Shown: positions 1 through 9,888, counted from the first letter of the stretch. The stretch is DNA of 54,842 bases from Acidobacteriota bacterium (GCA_047514575.1 JAKZYH010000197.1:1-54842), one strand, 5' to 3'. Numbers and translations: made by a program. The notes: generated from the letters alone by a model not told the origin.

Positions 1-559
1 CACTGACCAGCGCTCTGTTCAGCTCGATCCCCTGCTCATCCGTTTCCGACTCGATACGGGAAAGCTCCTCCAAGATCTCTTCGACATGATCCACTTCCCG
101 CCCCTTGAAGCCCAGTTCTAGGAGCTCGTCGAGCTGGTCGATGGCATGCTTGCACTGATGTGCCGCATCTACATTCCGTGCCGCATAGGCGGGCAGTAGC
201 TCCTTCATGTAGTCCGGTATCTCGAGCTCCTTTAGAATCAGCAGGCCGGCAACGTCCTGGACCGAGTCTGCGATGGAATCCTGGGCGTTGAGGAGATCCA
301 GCAGATCGCGTCGGTCGACGGGCATGAACAAGCTCTTGGGAAGATGGGCTCGGATTTCATTCTTCACCTTGTCCGCTTCGTGTTCGAGATCGAAGATCCT
401 CTCCTTGATCTCCAGGAGTCGGCGTTTGTCTCCTGCTGCCAGAGCCTCAAGCAGCGCCGGAGCTTCGCTGGCGCAAGCGTCAACCACTTTCATGTGCTCC
501 TGGATAGGTTTGAATGGCGAGCGGCCAAAAATACCCTGGACCGGACTGCGAGTCCACAT
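1..559 (-). CDS. DUF47 / PhoU-like (TIGR00153-type) protein, C-terminus cut by window edge
   Basis: Not in the ORF track because it runs off the window. Manual minus-strand translation from ATG (comp. 557-559), preceded by GGAGGAGG, gives MWTRSPVQGIFGRSPFKPIQEHMKVVDAC...HLPKSLFMPVDRRDLLDLLNAQDSIAD...LGFKGREVDHV. This matches the conserved DUF47 N-terminus and helical pattern. Confidence 0.75.
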   Translation of the reverse strand, partial: MWTRSPVQGIFGRSPFKPIQEHMKVVDACASEAPALLEALAAGDKRRLLEIKERIFDLEHEADKVKNEIRAHLPKSLFMPVDRRDLLDLLNAQDSIADSVQDVAGLLILKELEIPDYMKELLPAYAARNVDAAHQCKHAIDQLDELLELGFKGREVDHVEEILEELSRIESETDEQGIELNRALVS

Positions 560-883
560 TTGAGCCTCCTCCGTCTATGCTTTCAAGGCAACGATATTCG
601 ATCCAGGATTCTACACCCGAGAGAGCCGGTAGTACATTGGTAGGGGTGGGGTGACAGATCTCAGTTTCGATTGCCGCCGGAGAGCTTCGGGGATGAGAAC
701 CGGAAACGAAAGATAAGCCTCTGCGTCTGGGTCGACCAGCCGACTGGAATGTGTTCACACCCGCCTGCTATCGGTTAACATTCGGAGTGTTGACGTTCCC
801 AGCCCTACCGAAGCAAACGAGGCCTTTGGGCAAAGACAACAACCATCGGAGAGCCCACTTTCGGAGAGAGGTCAACCGTCGAG

Positions 884-1105
884 GTGAATGAACTAAAACT
901 CCAGGAGGTCGACAAGCTTCAGGCTATCCGGGGTCTGCCCTTTCCAGCCGGGGTTCGTTTTCGAGAGATCATCGTCGCCGGTCCTCCAGGGTCGGGCAAG
1001 ACAACCCTGTTGAGAGCAATCGGAGGTTGGCCAGAGGAAGGATACCTGGCGCCCGCCACCGCCGACTCACGGGGTCACAGCTTCCCGCCACAATGCTTGC
1101 AGTGA
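884..1105 (+). pseudogene. orphan 73-aa P-loop NTPase N-terminal fragment
   Basis: GTG-start ORF with Walker A (IIVAGPPGSGKTTLLRAIGG). It stops about 30 aa later, inside the 3' end of the convergent channel gene, and is too short for a functional NTPase. Confidence 0.3.
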
Positions 1106-1950
1106 ACGGCGTCGTGCTGGTGCCCCTCGGCCATGCAGTGGGGGCAGGCCTGGGTCGAAACTGGCCGGCTCAGCCTGGAGCTGACCAGCTCCGCGGAAAC
1201 AAACCCGGCGGGGACGATGATGAGGCTGTAGCCGACCATGATCAGGAGAGCGGAGAGCAGCTTCCCTAAGTGTGTCCTCGGAACGATGTCGCCGTAGCCC
1301 ACGGTCGTTATGGTGACGATAGCCCAGTACATCGCTTGAGGAACGGAGGTGAACTCGCTCGGTTCGTTCGGACTGGCGAAGGTGTTCTCGATCACGTACA
1401 TGGCCACACCCGCGACCGTGACGACAATGAGGACAGTCGTCAAGAACACGACGATTTTGCCGCGAGCCTCCCAGACGGCCTGGCGTATCGCGGCAGCCTC
1501 GGAAAGCATGCGTGCGAGCTTGAAAACACGGAACGCACGCAGGAGCCGGAACGCGCGAATCACGACGAGGGACCGGGTTCCCATATCGAACAGGGTGAGG
1601 TAAGTCGGCACGATGGAAAGGAGGTCGACAACGCCAAAGAAGCTCGTGGCGTAACGCATGGCCCGAGGCACGCACACCAGCCGCAGGATGTACTCGATGG
1701 TGAAGAGGATGGTCAAGACCCACTCGATTACCTCGAACACTGAGTCGTATGGATCGAATTCCTTGACGGTCTCGAGACTCACGACGACGATGCTCAGGAG
1801 AATCGCGACGAGCAGAATGATGTCGAAGGCCTTTCCAGCGGTCGTGTCGGCCTCGAAGATGATCTCGTGGAGCTTCTGTCGCCAGGGGGCCACGGCCGTG
1901 GGAGACGGAGAGGAGGGCATGACGCATAAGTCTAACGCGACTCGTGTCAC
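1075..1950 (-). CDS. voltage-gated (6TM, Kv-type) potassium channel with C-terminal zinc-ribbon-like tail
   Basis: S4-like arginine ladder RAFRLLRAFRVFKLAR, pore signature TTVGYGD, multiple hydrophobic segments. The tail is CPHC-x11-CKHC. Start is ambiguous (GTG 1950 or ATG 1920). Confidence 0.85.
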   Translation of the reverse strand: MTRVALDLCVMPSSPSPTAVAPWRQKLHEIIFEADTTAGKAFDIILLVAILLSIVVVSLETVKEFDPYDSVFEVIEWVLTILFTIEYILRLVCVPRAMRYATSFFGVVDLLSIVPTYLTLFDMGTRSLVVIRAFRLLRAFRVFKLARMLSEAAAIRQAVWEARGKIVVFLTTVLIVVTVAGVAMYVIENTFASPNEPSEFTSVPQAMYWAIVTITTVGYGDIVPRTHLGKLLSALLIMVGYSLIIVPAGFVSAELVSSRLSRPVSTQACPHCMAEGHQHDAVHCKHCGGKL

Positions 1951-2147
1951 TGAGCCAAGGGAAGCAGGCCCAGAGGTACCGAAGCTGTCATGAGGTGCCG
2001 TCTGTGGTCCCCACTCGCCTGATCATTCCAGGTCCAGCAGGTTGAATTTTGCACCGTTGCTATCGTCGATACCCCTGTTTCCACAGAAAAGACACGATCC
2101 CGGAAAAACACCAGGATTTCGTTCCATTGCTACTCGGACCCCTACCC

Positions 2148-3923
2148 CTAGAAGGGCCAGAAAACCGGGATCAGGATCGTCGAAAGCACCCAGACCGAGA
2201 GACTGATCGGAAAGCCAACGCGAAAGTAGTCGGTGAAGAGGTAGCCGCCGGGGCCGTAGACCAGCGCGTTGGTCTGATAGCCAATCGGTGACAGGAAGCT
2301 GGCCGACGCCCCGAAGGCGATACAGAGCGCAAACGGCCGCACGTCAACACCCATTCCATTCGCGATCTCGATTGCGATTGGGGTCAGCAGTGCAGCGGCA
2401 GCGTTGTTCGACATCATTTCGGTCATCGCCATCGTCACCAGGTAGAGCACGGCCAGAACGACATGAGGGCCATAGGGACCAGCGAGATCGACCACCTGGT
2501 TAGCGATGAGCTCTGCACCGCCGCTCTTGTGCAGCGCCAGGCCCAGAGACAGGGTGCCGGCGATTAGCATGATGATCCGCAGGTCGATCGCTTCATAGCT
2601 CTCCTGAACCGTCAGGCAGCGCGTCAGCACCATCGCCAGGGCACCGAGCAGGGCGGCGACCATGATCGGCATGACTTGGAGCGTCGCCAGTACGACCACA
2701 GCGACAAAGATGGCGACAGAGACGGCCATCTTATGCTTTCGATACGGCGGCGTCGACAACTCCTCCAGGATCAACATGAACTCCTGGCTGTCGCGAAGAC
2801 CCTGAAGACTGTCTCGTCGGCCCTGGATTAGCAGGGTGTCACCGACTCGAAGCCTGACGCGGCCCAGCTGCTCGCGGATCTCACCGCCGTGGCGGCGAAT
2901 GGCGAGCGCAGTGGCCTGGAAGCGTCTGCGGAAGTCGATCTCCTTGAGGGTCCTGCCAATCAGGCGTGAGCCGGAAGAGATCACGCATTCGGCCAGCATG
3001 ACCTCAGCCGACTCTAAGTCTTGATCCCGGAATTCGACCCTGCGGTGGATCTCGACCCCTTCGGCCTCGCGGGCCCGAATGATACGCTTCATGTTTCCCT
3101 TCACGATCAGCAGGTCGTTCTCGGCCAGGACGATCTCGGGAAGCACTGAGCTGATCCGCTTCTTGTCACGCCGGATCTCCAGAACCTCGATATCATCTGC
3201 CAGACTGAGGTTGCTCTCCTTCAAGGTCTTGCCGATGAGGCGTGAGCTGGGCTGGATGACCAGCTCGGTCAGGTATTCCTGCAGATGGTAGTTCTCGGTC
3301 AAGTTCTCCTGGGTCCGCCGGGATGGCAAGAGCCTGCGCCCGAGGAACAACAGATAGACGATACCAAGCAGAAGGAGGATGCTGCCCAGCCGGGTAAACT
3401 CGAACATCTGGAAGGGCGGGTACCCCCGCTGTTCCAGGATCGAGCCGACGACGATATTTGTCGAAGTGCCGATATAGGTGCAGACTCCGCCCAGGATGCC
3501 TGCGAACGACACCGGGATCAGCAGTTTCGATGGACTGATCTTCTTTTCGCGGGCGATGCCCAGCACGATTGGGATGAACATCGCGACGGCAGCGGTATTG
3601 TTGATGAACGCCGACAGCACGGCCACGGCTATCAGGACCACAGCCATCTGTCCGACTTCCGTCGAACCGCCCATGCGCGCAATGCCCCTTCCCAGCTTGA
3701 CCACTGCGCCGGTCCGCATGAGACCGGCCGAGAGCACAAGCACCGCGGCAACCGTCACCGGCGCCGGGTTGCTGAACCCACTTACCCCTTCTTCGGGTGT
3801 AAGGACCCCACTCACCACCAGAGCGGCAAGAATCAGGATCGCGGTGACATCGGCCGGGACTACTTCGCGGACGAAGAAGACGAGCGCGACCCCCAGAATG
3901 GTGAAAACAATTCTCAACTCCAT
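2148..3923 (-). CDS. SLC13/DASS-family permease with two central TrkA-C (RCK_C) domains
   Basis: 591 aa. Multi-TM halves flank two soluble repeats (..SRLIGKTLKESNL.. and ..SRLIGRTLKEIDF..), the typical architecture of this family. Confidence 0.85.
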   Translation of the reverse strand: MELRIVFTILGVALVFFVREVVPADVTAILILAALVVSGVLTPEEGVSGFSNPAPVTVAAVLVLSAGLMRTGAVVKLGRGIARMGGSTEVGQMAVVLIAVAVLSAFINNTAAVAMFIPIVLGIAREKKISPSKLLIPVSFAGILGGVCTYIGTSTNIVVGSILEQRGYPPFQMFEFTRLGSILLLLGIVYLLFLGRRLLPSRRTQENLTENYHLQEYLTELVIQPSSRLIGKTLKESNLSLADDIEVLEIRRDKKRISSVLPEIVLAENDLLIVKGNMKRIIRAREAEGVEIHRRVEFRDQDLESAEVMLAECVISSGSRLIGRTLKEIDFRRRFQATALAIRRHGGEIREQLGRVRLRVGDTLLIQGRRDSLQGLRDSQEFMLILEELSTPPYRKHKMAVSVAIFVAVVVLATLQVMPIMVAALLGALAMVLTRCLTVQESYEAIDLRIIMLIAGTLSLGLALHKSGGAELIANQVVDLAGPYGPHVVLAVLYLVTMAMTEMMSNNAAAALLTPIAIEIANGMGVDVRPFALCIAFGASASFLSPIGYQTNALVYGPGGYLFTDYFRVGFPISLSVWVLSTILIPVFWPF

Positions 3924-4951
3924 TAACTTCGGATCTGAGTTCCTCTGGCAATCAGAACCTATCAGTCGTCCAACCTGGGATCAACTGTTCCTTGGTCGTC
4001 TTTCGGCTGGAAAGCGCCTCTGATCCCTCGATTATTCAGCTGTTCCTTGGCAAAATCCGATCAGTTGAGACACGTCTCTAGCTACTTGATCAGACAACAT
4101 TTGGCGCTAGGCTGTACTCCCTCTCAAGCGGTCCATCCGAGACAACAGTTCGCCAAGAATCTCCCGCCTACCGCGGTGGAACCGACTCTATTCGGAGATG
4201 GGCGGGACGACGCTTCGGTGGCGCTCGCGCGGAGACAGAAGGGCACACGGGGCAGCTGCGGCAAACCCATGCCAAAACCTGGCGACTCAGACGGTGCCTT
4301 CTGGCGGAGGGTGCTGAGCTCCAGCGCGGGCAGATCGTCTACTTCGACACGGAGCGGATGGACTACGCTCAGCTCCGAAGTCGAGGGCTGGTTGTTGGCT
4401 CCGGGATAGTGAGGCCAGGCAGGAGGACTGCCATCCCCCAGCGCCTGAAACGTTCAGGCATGTTTGAGACCTTCCCAGGTGCCAACCGAGTCCTCGCCCT
4501 GAGCACGAATCTGAAGGGCGAGCACTGAAAAATTTCTGGGAGAGGGGAACTCTCAAATGAGACCCCTGCCAATATTCTCGTTGCGCGTTCGTCGTGCAGC
4601 CCAGAAATTCATCTGTTGCTTTCTGGCCAAGGTTAGATCATGGTGGACGGCTCTATGGACGGGATGATGACGGCGCCGACATTCTCAGTAGGGTTGGCAC
4701 CGCTCTGACGACCACTCGAGTCTACATCTGTCGAAACCGAAGAGTATTTATCTCGGATACCTTCGGCTACAGCATCCCGGGTCAGCTCTTTGGCAGGCAG
4801 GTTCCGGTTCAGCTGCTGGGGTTTTTGGCGTAGTAAGATGCCGGGATCTCCAGTCGGGTCCGGGCAGCTTCGGCTATCCTGCGGGCGACGTTTAGATATC
4901 AGCAGGGTCACAAGCGGTTCGGCATCCGGGCTCCCTAGATATAGTCCCGGT

Positions 4952-5386
4952 CTACCGCCGATTTTGTTCCCCGAACTCGCGCATCCCGCGCAGTATGTCG
5001 CGGCGGGTGATTTGCCCGACCAGGGCGCCGCGCCGGACAACGGGAAAGCGACGGAACGTGCACTCGAGGAAGCGCTGGGCGACCGTGATGATGTCGCTGC
5101 CGCTCTCGATCGATTCGACGTCGGTGGACACGTAGGAGCTGACGCTTTCGTCCGGCATGCTATGGAAGCCGGTCTGGAGGATCGTATTTAGGCAGTCTTT
5201 TTCCGAGAGCACAGCAACGAGCTTCTTCGGGTCCTCGTTGTCGACCACGATGAGACCTGTCAGCTTGTGGACAATCAGGATTTCGATCGCTTCCTGAATC
5301 TTGGTGTCGGGGGTGACTGTCGCAAAAACCCTGTCCATCAGATCGTCAACCACCGGCACCTGTTCGAGGTATTCCTCTCGCTGCAT
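4952..5386 (-). CDS. CBS-domain pair protein
   Basis: 144 aa with two CBS-like repeats (..VTPDTKIQEAIEILIVHKLTGLIVVD.. and ..IITVAQRFLECTFRRFPVVRRGALVGQITRRDIL..). Confidence 0.8.
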   Translation of the reverse strand: MQREEYLEQVPVVDDLMDRVFATVTPDTKIQEAIEILIVHKLTGLIVVDNEDPKKLVAVLSEKDCLNTILQTGFHSMPDESVSSYVSTDVESIESGSDIITVAQRFLECTFRRFPVVRRGALVGQITRRDILRGMREFGEQNRR

Positions 5387-5456
5387 CCACCGAACTCCCT
5401 GGTTCTACGAGTATCCGAATGTGTGGGATAGCACCCCCCACCGCACTTTGGATGTA

Positions 5457-5485
5457 AGGCTAGTCGACTTCGCGGGAAACGTCAA
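5457..5485 (-). promoter_or_regulatory. candidate sigma70-type promoter for the CBS gene (TTGACG-17-TAGCCT)
   Basis: On the minus strand, TTGACG (comp. 5480-5485), a 17-nt spacer, then TAGCCT (comp. 5457-5462), about 70 nt upstream of the ATG at 5386. Confidence 0.3.
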
Positions 5486-5766
5486 TTCATCGGTGCGACA
5501 GTGTTCGGGGTGAACTCGGCCGTGCTCCCCTATCGTCTATATCAGTTTTATTCTCGTTGGCACGGCCTCTCGATAGCTCTTCAGAAGGAAGCGAACGGAA
5601 GCGCACTAAAACCAGACAAGGTCTGCGTGGCCTCCGCATCCTACTTTGTGTAGATGAGGTGATTCGAGCCAGCGGGGCCCAGCGCTGGAACGAGTGACTC
5701 TGAAAAACCGAAAAGTATTTATTCTCTGGCGGATTACTATTCCAGAAAGAGGGCTCAGACGGAGCG

Positions 5767-5780
5767 CGTATTCTACCAGA
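5767..5780 (-). promoter_or_regulatory. extended -10-like element TGGTAGAAT, 14-nt identical to the tRNA-Phe promoter core
   Basis: Minus strand reads TCTGGTAGAATACG. The same 14-mer occurs at 8153-8166, just upstream of tRNA-Phe. No convincing -35. Confidence 0.3.
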
Positions 5781-5900
5781 TACTGTTTGCCCGGACGGGG
5801 CATCCTACTTCTGGGTGCCCAACCGAAAAGGAAAATTTACGAGACCGCATGACAGCCAGAGGAAGCCTCAGCTCGATGAAGTCGAAGCACAACCTACGCC

Positions 5901-6269
5901 CTATAGCTTCATCAATTTCCCCTCGAGACCGTTCTTTCTCACTTTCTGGGCTAAGACGCTGCGGAGATTCTCATCTTTCAACAACGACGAGAGAAACTCG
6001 TCAATCTCGGCCCTCTTGTCTAGCCTTTCCTGGAGCTCATTAGAGCGACTCTCAAGTCTTCCCAAAGCCATTTTCAGCTGGCTGTTCTCCTTCTCGACGT
6101 TCTTCAATTCGTCACCGCGGATCGAGTCTATGACTTCCTCTTCGACGACGCCCGCTCTGTCGATGTACCGGTCGGGCATCTTAGAGCTCATCGACCAGCC
6201 CATCATCTTACAGATCTGGAATCGGCCTGCTCTCTTGGAGGCCAACCAGGTGGCGAAGCTATCCTTCAT
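5901..6269 (-). pseudogene. tyrosine-recombinase (phage integrase) C-terminal remnant with coiled-coil tail
   Basis: ..SFATWLASKRAGRFQICKMMGWSMSSKMPDRYID.. matches the integrase box II / catalytic-Tyr region. The HxxR position reads QLMKD (degenerate), an in-frame TGA lies just upstream (6348-6350), and there is no N-terminal domain. Confidence 0.5.
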
Positions 6270-6702
6270 CAGCTGCGGGCTGACCCTCTTGCCTAGGACC
6301 CTCTCGCCAAGTCTGTTGAAAAACTGCAGAGGGCCTGAGCAACGGCATCACCAAAGGCCTTGTCGCCGTTGGGCCGACAGTTGAACACCACCGCCATGAT
6401 AAGATCCCCTCTTTCTGGTTACTCGGCTTCGGGTTCCCCACATGGAACCGTTGAAGCTCTCTGTTGCCCGATTCCTCACTGTCGGTCTCGTGCGGCGAAG
6501 ATCTCGGCTAAGGCCCTGATCACTCACCCCATATTTCAACATCGCGCTGACCCAGTGTCGACTGCTGTTGTAGAGCCCTTGTTCTCTGTTCCTGGACTCG
6601 GCCCACGGTACCCTAAACCGAGCTCATTTTTCTTTCACTTTTCCCACACTTTTTTTCATAATACCATTTGACAGTATTACCGATATCCGATGCTATGTAT
6701 TG

Positions 6703-6984
6703 ATGATTAAGGGGTTCGGTAGCAAGGACACCGAGAGGCTCTGGCGGAGACGGGTAACCCCCAAGTTCCCTCAGGCCATCAAGGAGAACGCCCTGATCAA
6801 ACTGGGACTCCTGCATGTTTCCGAATCCCTGAACCAGCTGAGGGTGCCCCCGTCCAACCGGCTCGAAAAGCTTTCGGGGGACCGTACGGGTCAACACAGC
6901 ATCCGAATCAACAGGCAGTGGAGGATTTCCTTCCGCTAGGAGAACGGACACGCCTACGAAGTCGAGATAGTGGATTACCACTGA
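6703..6984 (+). pseudogene. higB: HigB-type (PF05015-like, RelE/ParE superfamily) toxin interrupted by an in-frame amber codon
   Basis: MIKGFGSKDTERLW...PPSNRLEKLSGDRTGQHSIRINRQWRISFR-TAG(6937-6939)-ENGHAYEVEIVDYH-TGA(6982-6984). The TAG sits where family members carry Trp/Phe (..RICFRWE.G.A..VEIVDYH). Confidence 0.8.
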
Positions 6985-6997
6985 AAGGGGGACGGAA

Positions 6998-7312
6998 ATG
7001 TGCGAGAAAGACAAGACATTGAAGCCCATCCACCCGGGCAAGATTCTGCTTCAGGAGTTCATGAAGCCGATGGGTATCACTCAGTACCGGCTGGCAAAAG
7101 ACCTTTCGGTAAAGCCACTCCGGATTAGCGAGATTGTTCGCGGCAAGAGAGGTATCTCGGCGGACACCGCGCTTCGGCTGGGTCGCTACTTCGGACTCTC
7201 GGCCAGCTATTGGATGAACCTGCAGGCCCTGTACGAGATCGACCTCGCCGAGGACGCCCTCGAGGACCGCCTCGAGAAGGAAGTCACGCCACGCGACGAT
7301 GTGGCGGCGTAG
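6998..7312 (+). CDS. higA: HigA-family antitoxin (XRE-type HTH)
   Basis: 104 aa. PIHPGKILLQEFMKPMGITQYRLAKDLSVKPLRISEIVRGKRGISADTALRLGRYFG is the typical HigA HTH. RBS GGGGGA lies 5 nt upstream, immediately downstream of higB. Confidence 0.9.
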   Translation: MCEKDKTLKPIHPGKILLQEFMKPMGITQYRLAKDLSVKPLRISEIVRGKRGISADTALRLGRYFGLSASYWMNLQALYEIDLAEDALEDRLEKEVTPRDDVAA

Positions 7313-7569
7313 GGCAATTGTCCAAACTACTTCCCCAGATCACCAGGATCAGATGCCCTTACAACACCTGCACTAGCCGGTCGAGCTCTTTTCGAATCTT
7401 CAGCTAGTTCGCGGGCGCTATCCAGGCGAGCCTGGTAGACAACCCGGGTTGCCGCATCGAATACGCGAAAACCTGCCAACCGAACCCAGCGCAAGAACCA
7501 AACATAGGTGAGAAACAAAAACAATCCGGACAGCAAGAGTAGCTCGAGAGCAGGATAAGCCCAAAGTAA

Positions 7570-7965
7570 GCGTGGGAAAGAGACACAAAATCGAGGAGGG
7601 TCAGTTATGTTCCTCTCACGGACAGGGCGATGCAGGCAGTGCGAACGCTGCCGCGTCTCGATGAGTGTCCCTATGTGTGCTACAGCCAATCGCGAACGAC
7701 GTGGTGTATCTGTAGGAAACCGTGGGAGCAAGCAAAGCAGCGAGTTGGTATCTCGGACCCTCAAGGAAAGGACCTGCGTCGCCAATACGCCATCAGACTT
7801 GCCCAGAGTGGTGCCGATATGCACGACATCCAGCACGTCCTGGGACACTCGACTATGGCCACGACCGAGAAACACTATGCACAGTTCTCTCCTAGATGTT
7901 CTGCGAAGCGAATCCTTCGCGTACTCGAAGGTGGGGGGCAAGCACAGCAGCGGAAGTCTGCTTGA
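7570..7965 (+). pseudogene. tyrosine-recombinase (integrase) C-terminal catalytic fragment
   Basis: The frame opens after TAA at 7567. ..TKSRRVSYVPLTDRAMQAVRTL...DLRRQYAIRLAQSGADMHDIQHVLGHSTMATTEKHYAQFSP has the box I/box II pattern. Only about 130 aa remain. It faces the 3' end of tRNA-Phe. Confidence 0.65.
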
Positions 7966-8065
7966 TCCGAGCGGAAACAAAGCGGGAACAAGGGCTGCTT
8001 ATGATTGTCGGAAGAAAGACTAGCGACAGACCGGCAATACCTTAAAAGATAGAAGTTAACAGGGG

Positions 8066-8138
<73 letters not shown>

Positions 8139-8155
8139 CCAGATAGAAAGACCGT

Positions 8156-8183
8156 ATTCTACCAGAAATCGGGCGGCTCGCAA
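8156..8183 (-). promoter_or_regulatory. candidate tRNA-Phe promoter TTGCGA-16-(TGG)TAGAAT
   Basis: -35 at comp. 8178-8183, -10 at comp. 8156-8161 with an upstream TG. The -10 ends 17 nt before the mature tRNA 5' end. Confidence 0.5.
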
Positions 8184-8205
8184 GGCTGGCCCGAAGGGTG
8201 AGCAA

Positions 8206-9237
8206 TCAGCGCTGGACCCTGCCACTCCCGCTGCCTTCCATCAGGGCTTCCACTTCCTGAACGGTGGTGCGGTTGTAGTCTCCCGCGACCGAGTGCTTGA
8301 GACAAGAGCAGGCGGTCGCAAACTCCAGGGCACGGGCATCCTCGCCGTACGTCAAGAGACCGTAGATCAAGCCCGCCGCGAAGGCATCGCCGCCACCTAC
8401 CCGGTCTACGATGTCGGTGATCTCGTACTTTCTGCTAACCAGAAGCCGATTGCCGTCATGCAGGACTGCGGACCAGCTGTTGTGACTGGCGCTGTGACTC
8501 TCTCTCAGCGTGATCGCCTGTTTTTCCAGGTTGGGGAAAGTCTTCAGCACCCGTTCTGCTATGGCCCCATACCGATCGGTCTCGAGATGGCCCTTTTCAA
8601 CGTCTACTTCGAGGTCAATCCCGAGCGATTTCTGGCAATCCTCCTCGTTGGCGATGCCGATGTCCACATGCTCAACGAGTCTTCTCATTACCTCAGGCGC
8701 ACGGCGCCCATAGTTCCACAGTTTCTTTCGGTAGTTGTAGTCGCACGAGACCTTGATCCCCTTTTCTTTGGCCTTCTTGAAGGCAGTCAAACAGAGATCT
8801 GCCAGATCCTGGCTGAGGGCAGGCGTGATGCCGGTGATGTGAAGCCAGCTTGCTCCCTCGAGAATCGAGTCCCAGTTCAGGTCTTCCGCTGTCAGTGAGG
8901 CCAAGGACGAATGTTCACGGTCATAGATCACGCGCGAAGAACGCTGGTTTGCACCTTCCTCCAAGAAGTAGATCCCCATCCGAGGTCCTGCCCGGAGGAT
9001 TTTCGAAGTGTCGACTCCCCAGCGCTGCAGCTCACCCATACAGGCCTCGCCGAGGCTATTGTCGGGCAAAGCGGTTACCAGGCAAACGTCGATGCCAAAC
9101 TGAGCCAGAGCAAGCGCTACATTGGCTTCGCCTCCACCAAAGGTTGCCTCCAGCAGCGGGGACTGGAGTAGGCGTTCCTTGCCAGGGGGCTTCAAGCGAA
9201 GCATGATCTCGCCAAAAGTGATGACTCTCGGCCGCAT
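8206..9237 (-). CDS. kdgK: 2-dehydro-3-deoxygluconokinase (PfkB family)
   Basis: 343 aa. Has the N-terminal ..[18 protein letters not shown].. pattern and the C-terminal [16 protein letters not shown] motif typical of KDG kinases. Confidence 0.85.
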   Translation of the reverse strand: MRPRVITFGEIMLRLKPPGKERLLQSPLLEATFGGGEANVALALAQFGIDVCLVTALPDNSLGEACMGELQRWGVDTSKILRAGPRMGIYFLEEGANQRSSRVIYDREHSSLASLTAEDLNWDSILEGASWLHITGITPALSQDLADLCLTAFKKAKEKGIKVSCDYNYRKKLWNYGRRAPEVMRRLVEHVDIGIANEEDCQKSLGIDLEVDVEKGHLETDRYGAIAERVLKTFPNLEKQAITLRESHSASHNSWSAVLHDGNRLLVSRKYEITDIVDRVGGGDAFAAGLIYGLLTYGEDARALEFATACSCLKHSVAGDYNRTTVQEVEALMEGSGSGRVQR

Positions 9238-9888
9238 CTAATCCAGCGCTTCCCGTGTTTCCTTGACGAGGCGGACTGCTTCCGCAGCTGCTTGGGTAAC
9301 CCGATCGAACTGGCCCGACGCCAACCAATCCTTGGTGACCAGCCACGAACCTCCGCAGGCGAGCACCTTGGGAAAGTCAAGGTATTCCGGCAGTTGACTC
9401 AAACCGATGCCACCTGTGGGGATGTAGGAAATATCGGAGTAAGGTGCCGCGACTGCTTTGAGGTAAGTCAGTCCTCCAATGGGTTCAGCAGGGAAGAACT
9501 TGACAACTTTCAAACCCCTGTTCCGGGCAGCATCTATCTCTGTTGGGGTGCAGACGCCTGGGAAGACGACAATTTCGCGATCTCTGCAGAAATCGACTAC
9601 TTGCATGTTGAGACCAGGAGAGACGATGAACCGAGCTCCTGAGTCGTGTGCCCTGCGAGCTTGCTCCTCACTGAGAACGGTACCGGCTCCGAGAAGGATC
9701 TCAGGCAGCTCCCGGCTCAAGCGATGGATAGCTTCGGCGCCAGCAGCAGTACGGAACGTGACCTCAGCACAGGGCAGACCACCCCTGATCAGGGCCTCAC
9801 CCAGATCCAAGGCAGACTCCGCCCGGTCGATTACGATCACCGGAATGATGCCCAGCTGCCGGATCCGAGCTGCGATTTCTCCCTTCAT
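9238..9888 (-). CDS. eda: KDPG / 4-hydroxy-2-oxoglutarate aldolase
   Basis: Eda-family sequence (IIPVIVIDR...CAEVTFRT...GAGTVL...FPGVCTPTE...KFFPAE). Start is set at the internal ATG 9888 because the longer ORF (to 10074) overlaps hsp20. The stop abuts the kdgK start. Confidence 0.85.
   Translation of the reverse strand: MKGEIAARIRQLGIIPVIVIDRAESALDLGEALIRGGLPCAEVTFRTAAGAEAIHRLSRELPEILLGAGTVLSEEQARRAHDSGARFIVSPGLNMQVVDFCRDREIVVFPGVCTPTEIDAARNRGLKVVKFFPAEPIGGLTYLKAVAAPYSDISYIPTGGIGLSQLPEYLDFPKVLACGGSWLVTKDWLASGQFDRVTQAAAEAVRLVKETREALD

Noticed and set aside
1067-3951. Alternative-frame and antisense ORFs over the channel and SLC13 genes (1067..1927, 1270..1743, 3193..3951, 3285..3926, 3478..4023)
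   Set aside because: They have Arg/His/Pro-rich low-complexity translations and overlap genes with strong family signatures.
4047-4409. 120-aa plus-strand ORF (and neighbours 4287..4556, 4369..4572, 4594..4833, 4633..5040)
   Set aside because: They have no RBS, no recognisable motif and low-complexity Ser/Arg/Gly-rich sequence, and they overlap each other. They are treated as non-coding spacer.
6987-6997. An 11-nt identity (GGGGGACGGAA) between the higA RBS region and the tRNA-Phe 3' arm (8070-8080), considered as a possible att remnant
   Set aside because: It is too short, does not extend on either side, sits in the middle of the higBA unit rather than at an island edge, and doubles as the higA Shine-Dalgarno.
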